Both the position numbers and the translations under genes were made by a program. From a virus (Duplodnaviria > Heunggongvirae > Uroviricota > Caudoviricetes): a DNA stretch of 64,000 nt. Of this stretch, positions 1 through 5,905 are shown in pieces. Each line of letters begins with the position of its first letter. The first letter of the stretch is position 1. The notes beneath the pieces were generated by a model that was given only the letters and a program-made list of their open reading frames with translations, made no database searches and was not told the origin of the DNA. The stretch covers positions 4,338-68,337 of the IMG/VR virus record IMGVR_UViG_3300028534_000001; one strand, given 5' to 3'.

Positions 1-408
1 AGAATCAAATGAATATTCCCCTAATTCGAATTGCCATTTATTATTTATTTCTTTCCAATAAAGACCAAAACCTTCTTCAATAAAAACATTTTCTTTATCA
101 AATGATTTATATAATTGAACATTTTCACTTTTTAAAATTTTTTTAAGTTGTTTTTTATATTCTAAAATATTTTCATCTTTTGAAACTTCAAATTTAAATT
201 CATTTATTTTATCTTTTAAATCACCTTTAAGATAATGTTCTATACCATAATGTAAAAATGAACCTTTTTCTAAAGCTGGTGTTTTATTAAATTTAGTTTT
301 AATTTTATCTAAATATTGTAATTTAAATCTATATGGACAATTTTTAAATGTATTTATTTTAGAATAAGAATAAGGAATATATTTAAAATTAAATTTAGAA
401 TTTTTCAT
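1..408 (-). CDS. PD-(D/E)XK nuclease, RecB/Cas4-like (N-terminal part; runs off window start)
   Basis: Manual translation from ATG at 408: MKNSKFNFKYIPYSYSKINTFKNCPYRFKLQYLDK...ALEKGSFLHYGIE...FIEEGF. SxSxxxxxxxCP and GxxxH are typical N-terminal motifs of PDDEXK_1/Cas4-like nucleases. Confidence 0.75.
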   Translation of the reverse strand, partial: MKNSKFNFKYIPYSYSKINTFKNCPYRFKLQYLDKIKTKFNKTPALEKGSFLHYGIEHYLKGDLKDKINEFKFEVSKDENILEYKKQLKKILKSENVQLYKSFDKENVFIEEGFGLYWKEINNKWQFELGEYSFDS

Positions 409-419
409 TTTTAATTTCC

Positions 420-707
420 TTATTCTTCAATATCAATAATAATTTTAGCATACATATTTGAATTATAAATATCTATATTTTCAAAAATAACATTTACATA
501 AGTTTCTAATTCATCACTTAAAATATTACTTATTTCTTCTTCTGTAATATTTCCATTTATTTTTGCTTTATTTATAATAATAGTATTATCTACAATAATA
601 ATATCACATTCTACACCATCATAATCGCATATATGACTATCATTAAATTCTAATAAATCTTTAGTTATTTCTTTTATTTTTTTAATAATATTTATATCAA
701 ATAACAT
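420..707 (-). CDS. hypothetical protein
   Basis: 95-aa ORF with AAGGAG RBS. Confidence 0.6.
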   Translation of the reverse strand: MLFDINIIKKIKEITKDLLEFNDSHICDYDGVECDIIIVDNTIIINKAKINGNITEEEISNILSDELETYVNVIFENIDIYNSNMYAKIIIDIEE

Positions 708-794
708 ATTAACTCCTTAATTTTTTCATGCTTCCTCTCTACAAGAAATTATTTCTTGTAGGAGACCTTTTATAAAAGGCAATGGATTAAATCC

Positions 795-851
795 TGGATA
801 AGTAATTAAAATAATTTTTCCTGCAAAATTGTTAATTTAAGTAACTTATCC
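795..851 (-). ncRNA. UUACUUA terminal-stem RNA element, copy 1
   Basis: GGATAAGT-TACTTA-(32 nt AT-rich insert)-TT-ACTTATCC-A, directly downstream of the promoter at 864-892. Confidence 0.65.
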
Positions 852-863
852 TATATTTTTATA

Positions 864-892
864 ATTATACAATAATTTTAATTAAAAGTCAA
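864..892 (-). promoter_or_regulatory. sigma70-type early promoter
   Basis: TTGACT-N17-TATAAT on minus strand. Confidence 0.8.
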
Positions 893-896
893 CTAA

Positions 897-1571
897 TTAT
901 AATTGTTTTAATATATATTTTTTTTCAAAATTTATAGCATCACATTTAACTTTACCATAAATTTTGCCACCCATATCACCATAAACTTGTGTATATTTAT
1001 CGTGTGTAACATATATACTAGAATCTATTTTTGATATTTTTTCATAGACTTTATCATATTCATCATTTTTATAATTTTTTTCTATAAATTTTATAATATC
1101 ATTTATAGCTAATTGAGTTAATTTTTTTATTAAAGAAGATTTTGTTTCTTTAAAATTTTTAAAACTTAAATAATAATCATCTTCTCTAACATTACAATAT
1201 TCTTTAATTTCTTTTTTTATTTTAGATTCTATTTTGTTTAAATATTCAAATTTAGAATTTGTTTTTGTATTGTTTAATTTATCTAATAATTGTTGTTTTA
1301 TTTTTTTAACTTTATTTTTTAATGTATTATATTTACTTTCAGGATAATAGAACATAGATACTGCATCTGCTGGACTTTTTTCATTTGGAAATAAATAATA
1401 AACCCAACCTTTAATAATACCATAACTATATGGATTATCAGGATCAAATGCTTTTTTAATATAATTTTCATTAAAATTATTTTCTTCTTTTAGAATTTTA
1501 ATTATAGTTGTTAAATTTGCTGGTTTTCCTACTATACCATTTTTGATATTTTCTAAAATTTCTTTTAACAT
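897..1571 (-). CDS. hypothetical protein with MLKEILE leader (candidate internal head protein)
   Basis: 224-aa ORF; shared N-terminal motif; TAAATA at 1588-1593 upstream. Confidence 0.6.
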   Translation of the reverse strand: MLKEILENIKNGIVGKPANLTTIIKILKEENNFNENYIKKAFDPDNPYSYGIIKGWVYYLFPNEKSPADAVSMFYYPESKYNTLKNKVKKIKQQLLDKLNNTKTNSKFEYLNKIESKIKKEIKEYCNVREDDYYLSFKNFKETKSSLIKKLTQLAINDIIKFIEKNYKNDEYDKVYEKISKIDSSIYVTHDKYTQVYGDMGGKIYGKVKCDAINFEKKYILKQL

Positions 1572-1823
1572 AAATAACCTTTTTTAATATTTAAAAATTT
1601 AATTTAGAATATTATTTTAATAATATAATATTGTAATAATTTTATATTTTATATTAAAAATATATATTTTTTGTGTATTTTTGTCTTTTTTAAAATATTT
1701 TTATAATTATATAATTATATAAATTCATGATTTATATACAAATTTTATATTTGTTATTGTTAATTTAGTAATATTTTTATTAGTTAAAATATTTATTTTT
1801 TTCTATTATATAAATTTATTTAC

Positions 1824-1914
1824 TGGCGGAGAGGGAGAGATTCGAACTCTCGAGACGACTTAGTCGTCTAACACCTTAGCAGGGTGCCGCCTTCAGCCAC
1901 TCGGCCACCTCTCC
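1824..1914 (-). tRNA. tRNA-Ser(GCT)
   Basis: Cloverleaf, anticodon arm GCACC-CT-GCT-AA-GGTGT, long variable arm, encoded CCA. Confidence 0.95.
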
Positions 1915-1918
1915 TAAA

Positions 1919-1995
1919 TGGCGGAGTTGACGGGACTCGAACCCGCGACTTTCTGCGTGACAGGCAGACACCCTAACCAACTGAGTTACAACTCC
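1919..1995 (-). tRNA. tRNA-Asp(GTC)
   Basis: TCTGC-CT-GTC-AC-GCAGA, T-loop TTCGAGT, CCA. Confidence 0.95.
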
Positions 1996-2054
1996 AAATA
2001 ATAATTGAAATTATTTAAATCGTATAAACATTTTATTACGACTAATAAATTTCA

Positions 2055-2130
2055 TGGTATCCCTAACGGGATTTGAACCCGTAATACTACCTTGAAAGGG
2101 TAGTGAGATAACCTATTTCTCCATAGGGAC
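2055..2130 (-). tRNA. tRNA-Glu(TTC)
   Basis: CTACC-CT-TTC-AA-GGTAG, CCA. Confidence 0.93.
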
Positions 2131-2245
2131 AAAAATGATAAGTATCAAACCTATCAAAGGTTTTCCTATTTTCCATTTATAATTTTGTTTTGGTAATATT
2201 TTTATAATAATCAAACTTGTATATTTTGGTTTATAAATTATTAAA

Positions 2246-2322
2246 TGGAGCCGATGAAGGGATTCGAACCCCCGACCTGCTGATTACAAATCAGCTGCTC
2301 TAGCCAACTGAGCTACATCGGC
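2246..2322 (-). tRNA. tRNA-Thr(TGT)
   Basis: GCTGA-TT-TGT-AA-TCAGC, CCA. Confidence 0.95.
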
Positions 2323-2355
2323 ATTTATTAAAAATATTTATTTGATTTTATTTAT

Positions 2356-2429
2356 TGGTTCCGAAGCAGGGAGTCGAACCCCAATTAACTGGTCCAAAAC
2401 CAGTTGTCCTACCATTAGACGACTTCGGA
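2356..2429 (-). tRNA. tRNA-Gln(TTG)
   Basis: ACTGG-TT-TTG-GA-CCAGT, U1-A72, CCA. Confidence 0.93.
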
Positions 2430-2460
2430 TTAAAAAATTATAAATTTAAAATTATTTTAA

Positions 2461-2536
2461 TGGCTCCCCCTGCAGGGCTCGAACCTGCGACCCACGGATT
2501 AACAGTCCGTTGCTCTACCAGCTGAGCTAAGGAGGA
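2461..2536 (-). tRNA. tRNA-Asn(GTT)
   Basis: ACGGA-CT-GTT-AA-TCCGT, CCA. Confidence 0.95.
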
Positions 2537-2543
2537 TTATTTA

Positions 2544-2630
2544 TGGTGCGAAGGGAGGGACTCGAACCCTCAAGTCTTTTCAGACGACGGATTTTAAGTC
2601 CGTTGCGTTTACCTATTTCGCCACCCTCGC
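2544..2630 (-). tRNA. tRNA-Leu(TAA)
   Basis: ACGGA-CT-TAA-AA-TCCGT, long variable arm, CCA. Confidence 0.95.
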
Positions 2631-2636
2631 TTATAA

Positions 2637-2694
2637 TGGATAAGTAATAAATAATTTTATTTTCAGTAAAATTTTTCTAGTAAGTAACTTATCC
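2637..2694 (-). ncRNA. UUACUUA terminal-stem RNA element, copy 2
   Basis: GGATAAGT-TACTTA-(insert with AATTTTA/TAAAATT hairpin)-TT-ACTTATCC-A between promoter 2713-2741 and tRNA-Leu. Confidence 0.65.
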
Positions 2695-2712
2695 TAATTT
2701 TTTATATTTAAA

Positions 2713-2741
2713 ATTATACCAAAAAATTTTTATAAAGTCAA
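2713..2741 (-). promoter_or_regulatory. sigma70-type early promoter (near-identical ~55-60 bp block repeated at ~4478 and ~4592)
   Basis: TTGACT-N17-TATAAT with TG extended -10 region. Confidence 0.85.
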
Positions 2742-2772
2742 CTTTTTATGTATATTTATTTAATTTTTTAAT

Positions 2773-2849
2773 TGGTGGGCTGTGTAAGAATCGAACTTAC
2801 GACCTATCCGTTATGAGCGGATTGCTCTAACCAACTGAGCTAACAGCCC
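2773..2849 (-). tRNA. tRNA-CAT, probably Ile2 (lysidine) rather than elongator Met
   Basis: ATCCG-CT-CAT-AA-CGGAT; acceptor GGGCTGT with C4-G69 and A73 resembles Ile2 tRNAs; isotype is inference. Confidence 0.85.
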
Positions 2850-2853
2850 TTTT

Positions 2854-2930
2854 TGGTTGCGGAGGCTGGATTTGAACCAGCGACCTTCGGGTTATGAGCC
2901 CGACGAGATACCTGACTTCTCCACCCCGCA
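2854..2930 (-). tRNA. tRNA-fMet(CAT)
   Basis: TCGGG-CT-CAT-AA-CCCGA with three consecutive G-C pairs; TGCGGGG acceptor; CCA. Confidence 0.92.
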
Positions 2931-2934
2931 ATAA

Positions 2935-3021
2935 TGGTGGGTTGGGACGGACTTGAACCGCCATGCTCCTAAGAGCCACAGATTTACAGTCTGCTGCCTT
3001 ACCAATTCGGCTCACCAACCC
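2935..3021 (-). tRNA. tRNA-Tyr(GTA)
   Basis: GCAGA-CT-GTA-AA-TCTGT, long variable arm, CCA. Confidence 0.95.
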
Positions 3022-3027
3022 TTAAAA

Positions 3028-3184
3028 TGGTCGTCAATAAGGTTTGACGCTACCACTCCTAGTATTTCTACTTATACCAAATGGTATATGGAGATTATTT
3101 TTAGAAAACAAAATAAGGAGATTTGAACTCCAAGCTCGGCCTCTATATTTTTTTACAAGGTTAGTTTCCTTTGCCTACTTTCCA
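3028..3184 (-). ncRNA. unknown structured RNA (~155 nt) with T-loop hairpin, ending ACCA
   Basis: GC-richer non-coding block between promoter 3216-3244 and tRNA-Tyr; hairpins GGAG-TTCAAAT-CTCC, TTATTTT/AAAATAA, TATACC/GGTATA, AGTA-GAAA-TACT, CGTCAA/TTGACG; boundaries approximate. Confidence 0.55.
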
Positions 3185-3215
3185 TATTTTTTAATTATTT
3201 TGTTTTCTTAATATA

Positions 3216-3244
3216 ATTATATCAAATTTTTTATTAAAAGTCAA
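3216..3244 (-). promoter_or_regulatory. sigma70-type early promoter
   Basis: TTGACT-N17-TATAAT. Confidence 0.8.
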
Positions 3245-3272
3245 GACTTTTAATAAATTTTTTTATATTTTT

Positions 3273-3348
3273 TGGCAGAGGAAGAAGGATTCAAACCTTC
3301 ATCTTACAATTTTGGAGATTGTTGTTTTATCAATTAAACTATTCCTCT
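3273..3348 (-). tRNA. tRNA-Trp(CCA), atypical elbow
   Basis: ACAAT-CT-CCA-AA-ATTGT; D-loop GA instead of GG and T-loop TTTGAAT; CCA. Confidence 0.88.
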
Positions 3349-3349
3349 A

Positions 3350-3424
3350 TGGTAGCCCTGAAAAGAATTGAACTTTTATTTCCCGATTATCAGTCGAGCG
3401 TTCTAACCTTTGAACTACAGGGCT
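3350..3424 (-). tRNA. tRNA-Ile(GAT)
   Basis: CTCGA-CT-GAT-AA-TCGGG, CCA. Confidence 0.92.
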
Positions 3425-3425
3425 A

Positions 3426-3515
3426 TGGCAGAGGGTGAGGGATTCGAACCCTCGGAAGCTGTTACACTCCACTGGTTTTCAAGACCAGCTCCTTAAACCA
3501 CTCGGACAACCCTCT
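3426..3515 (-). tRNA. tRNA-Ser(TGA)
   Basis: CTGGT-CT-TGA-AA-ACCAG, long variable arm, CCA. Confidence 0.95.
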
Positions 3516-3516
3516 A

Positions 3517-3600
3517 TGGTGGGAGAAGAGAGACTTGAACTCTCAAGCTAAAAGCAATAGCTCCTAAGGCTATCGTGTATACCAATTCCACCATTCTCCC
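3517..3600 (-). tRNA. tRNA-Leu(TAG)
   Basis: ATAGC-CT-TAG-GA-GCTAT, variable arm, CCA. Confidence 0.95.
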
Positions 3601-3668
3601 AAAAATAAAAAAGAACAATTAAAGATTTATGAATATTTAAATCTTTTAAAGTTCTTTTTATATTTAAA

Positions 3669-3697
3669 ATTATACCATTTTTTATTTAAAAAGTCAA
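3669..3697 (-). promoter_or_regulatory. sigma70-type early promoter
   Basis: TTGACT-N17-TATAAT upstream of tRNA-Leu(TAG). Confidence 0.8.
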
Positions 3698-3766
3698 CTT
3701 TTTCGACTTAAAATTATAAAAATTTTAAGAAGTTGATAAATGGATAAAGTGATTCTGAATGTTATT

Positions 3767-3832
3767 TGATAAAGTAAATATTATCACTTTATCCTTATTA
3801 TAATAAATTCCTTTATTATAAGTAACTTTATC
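3767..3832 (-). ncRNA. UUACUUA terminal-stem RNA element, copy 3
   Basis: GATAAAGT-TACTTA-(insert)-TT-ACTTTATC-A. Confidence 0.6.
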
Positions 3833-3883
3833 TAAACATTCATATAATAAATTTCCTTAGAAATCTAATATATAAATGTTCAA

Positions 3884-3993
3884 TGGGAATATAAATCCAA
3901 GCTTTTGCTCTACCACCTGAGCTACTCCCACTAAAATGTAGTAGGAGGCGGGTCTCGAACCCGCGACACAAAGCAATAATAAGTAATATTCCC
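3884..3993 (-). ncRNA. UUACUUA element copy 4: circularly permuted tRNA-like RNA
   Basis: GGGAATAT-TACTTA...GCTTT-GTGTC-[T arm GCGGG TTCGAGA CCCGC]-[CTCCTAC loop GTGGGAG]-TA-[D arm GCTC AGGTGGTA GAGC]-A-AAAGC...TT-ATATTCCC-A. Confidence 0.85.
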
Positions 3994-4005
3994 TACATGA
4001 ATTTA

Positions 4006-4078
4006 TGTAAGAGTAATGAACCATAATTCCCTATTGTAGGGAATTAAAGGAATCGAACCTTTAATAAGTAACTCTCAC
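4006..4078 (-). ncRNA. UUACUUA element copy 5: T-arm plus closed acceptor-like stem
   Basis: GTGAGAGT-TACTTA-TT-[AAAGG TTCGATT CCTTT]-[AATTCCCT ACAAT AGGGAATT]-ATGGTTCA-TT-ACTCTTAC-A. Confidence 0.75.
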
Positions 4079-4087
4079 TATTTTTTA

Positions 4088-4453
4088 TTATAATTCTATA
4101 AATCCTATATGTTTAAAAGAAGAAATTTTAACAACTTCTTTATCATTTTGAACTTCTTCTACTACTCTTTTTGAAAAAGAATAAACAAGTTTCATACCTA
4201 TAAATTTAAGTTCTCTTTCTAAAAAAGACATAAAATAAGGTGCTCCTCCTATCATAATTTTTTCAACTCCATAAGTTAATGCAATAGCTGTTAAACTTTT
4301 TGCTCTTTGTTCTAATAAATCTTTTGAAGGAATATCTTCAAAAGTTAATAGTTGTTTAATATATTCTTTATCTTTTTTACTAGGTTCAAAAACACCTTGA
4401 TCTTTTTGCTCTTTAGTAGATTCATGTTGCGTTAAATTTAAAATTTTTTTCAT
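4088..4453 (-). CDS. conserved phage protein, Csx20/CARF ring-nuclease-like
   Basis: N-terminal LNLTQH..T.EQ, central IGGAP, C-terminal VYSFSKRVVEE...VVKISSFKHIGF, resembling the Csx20 pattern as I recall it. Confidence 0.55.
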   Translation of the reverse strand: MKKILNLTQHESTKEQKDQGVFEPSKKDKEYIKQLLTFEDIPSKDLLEQRAKSLTAIALTYGVEKIMIGGAPYFMSFLERELKFIGMKLVYSFSKRVVEEVQNDKEVVKISSFKHIGFIEL

Positions 4454-4480
4454 TCTTACTCCTTATTTTTTATATTTAAA

Positions 4481-4509
4481 ATTATACCAAAAAATTTTTA
4501 TAAAGTCAA
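4481..4509 (-). promoter_or_regulatory. sigma70-type early promoter
   Basis: TTGACT-N17-TATAAT. Confidence 0.85.
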
Positions 4510-4537
4510 CTTTTTTATGTATATTTATTTAATTTTT

Positions 4538-4580
4538 TGGATAAGTAAAATTAACTAAACGAAATATAAGTAACTTACCC
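4538..4580 (-). ncRNA. UUACUUA terminal-stem RNA element, copy 6
   Basis: GGGTAAGT-TACTTA-TATTTCGTTTAGTTAATT-TT-ACTTATCC-A between two identical promoters. Confidence 0.65.
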
Positions 4581-4594
4581 TAATATGTTTTAAA

Positions 4595-4623
4595 ATTATA
4601 CCAAAAAATTTTTATAAAGTCAA
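4595..4623 (-). promoter_or_regulatory. sigma70-type early promoter
   Basis: TTGACT-N17-TATAAT. Confidence 0.85.
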
Positions 4624-4642
4624 CTTTTTTATGTATATTTAT

Positions 4643-4936
4643 TTAATTTTCTACAATTCTTTCAGCTAAAGTCATAACTTCTTCATTTTTTGCTAATTCA
4701 TCAGCTAATAATTCAATATCTTTTAATTCTGGTTTATTTCTTCTTTTAATTTCATTTTTAATTATAGTAATTGCTTTACTTAAATCACTTACTTTAACAC
4801 CTTCTTCTTTAATTTCTTGTTTAACAGCTTTAATGTCTTCTTTTAATAATTTAATTTCTGCTTCTAAACTAAGAATTCTAATAGCACCATTTATTAAATT
4901 TTGATTATCATCATTCATAAAATCTTTTTCATCCAT
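4643..4936 (-). CDS. dsDNA-binding protein, T4 DsbA/GapR-like
   Basis: Short helical protein LEAEIKLLKEDIKAVKQEIKEEGVKVSDL. Confidence 0.55.
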   Translation of the reverse strand: MDEKDFMNDDNQNLINGAIRILSLEAEIKLLKEDIKAVKQEIKEEGVKVSDLSKAITIIKNEIKRRNKPELKDIELLADELAKNEEVMTLAERIVEN

Positions 4937-5022
4937 ATAATCTCCTTTTTTCTTTTTAATATTATACTATATTTTTTATATTTTATAAACTTTTTTCCTT
5001 AAATAAATATAAAAGGATTAAA

Positions 5023-5538
5023 ATGTATCCAATATATGAAAAACTAATGCAACAATATTCTAAAATAGCCCCTAAACATTCAAATACACCAAAAATAGAT
5101 GTTGATTATGCATATGATAAACCTAAAATTAAAAAAGGTTTTCAATCAACAAAAAAAGGTATTTTTAAACCATCTAATCCAGATAAATTCTTCATAGCAA
5201 AAAATTCCCAAAATAAAGGTAAAATTATTTATAGATCATCTTGGGAAGAAGAATTTATGAAATGGTGTGACAATAATCCAAATATAACTAAAGTTATTTC
5301 TGAAGGATTAGCTATACCTTATTTTGGAAATGATAACAAATGGCATAAATATTATCCTGATTTTTTAATAAAATATAAAGATGATATTATGCTAATTGAA
5401 ATAAAACCTAAATCATTAACTGAAAATGATACAAACAAAAGAAAATTTGCTGCTGCTATGAAATGGGCAGAACAAAGAAATATTAAATTTGTAATATTAA
5501 CAGAAAATGAATTAAAAAAGTTAATTTCTAAAAATTAA
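5023..5538 (+). CDS. gp4: head completion nuclease, T4 gp4-like (TnsA-type endonuclease fold)
   Basis: YRSSWE...WCD.NP...IPY...HKYYPDF...IEIKP; TAAATA at 5000-5005. Confidence 0.85.
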   Translation: MYPIYEKLMQQYSKIAPKHSNTPKIDVDYAYDKPKIKKGFQSTKKGIFKPSNPDKFFIAKNSQNKGKIIYRSSWEEEFMKWCDNNPNITKVISEGLAIPYFGNDNKWHKYYPDFLIKYKDDIMLIEIKPKSLTENDTNKRKFAAAMKWAEQRNIKFVILTENELKKLISKN

Positions 5539-5702
5539 CTATTTAAAGATTTATTTGAATTATTTATAGAACTTTGTGCATCATTCATAGGTTTTAATTT
5601 ATTTATATCTACATTTTCATTTTTTGGTTGAAAACCACATTTAGGACAAACATAAATATTATTTATTTTTTGCATTTCACTATTACATCTAGGACACTTC
5701 AT
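5535..5702 (-). CDS. small zinc-ribbon protein (55 aa, not in ORF track)
   Basis: MKCPRCNSEMQKINNIYVCPKCGF..., AAGGAG RBS; paralogous to 5712-5903. Confidence 0.75.
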   Translation of the reverse strand: MKCPRCNSEMQKINNIYVCPKCGFQPKNENVDINKLKPMNDAQSSINNSNKSLNS

Positions 5703-5711
5703 AATAACTCC

Positions 5712-5903
5712 TTAAATAAATTCACCTAATCCAAATTTAGAACCTTGTCTTAAATTTTCTTTTTTTACTTCTTCTTCATTTTTAATTTTATGTCTTTTAA
5801 AATCTATTTCTGCCCCTACTTTATAACCACATCTAGGACATATCATTTCATTATTTTGAGAAGACATTTCACTTTGACATTTAGGACATTTTAAATTAGC
5901 CAT
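5712..5903 (-). CDS. small zinc-ribbon protein
   Basis: CPKC...CPRCG. Confidence 0.75.
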   Translation of the reverse strand: MANLKCPKCQSEMSSQNNEMICPRCGYKVGAEIDFKRHKIKNEEEVKKENLRQGSKFGLGEFI

Positions 5904-5905
5904 TA

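Noticed and set aside
1594-1820. Extremely AT-rich intergenic stretch as a replication origin
   Set aside because: No iterons or other support beyond composition.
2136-2156. TGATAGG-TTTGATA-CTTATCA hairpin resembling the element stem
   Set aside because: Lacks TACTTA and an insert; not counted as an eighth copy.
2827-3018. 63-aa minus-strand ORF in the ORF track
   Set aside because: Lies across tRNA-Tyr, tRNA-fMet and tRNA-CAT; an artefact of GC-rich tRNA sequence.
795-4580. UUACUUA elements read as a CRISPR array or type III antitoxin repeat array
   Set aside because: Copies are dispersed, spacing is irregular, and the stem covaries rather than repeating identically; no cas operon in the window.
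5023-5538. Tn7 TnsA transposase call
   Set aside because: Motifs and context fit T4 gp4 head-completion protein; no other Tn7 genes or ends.
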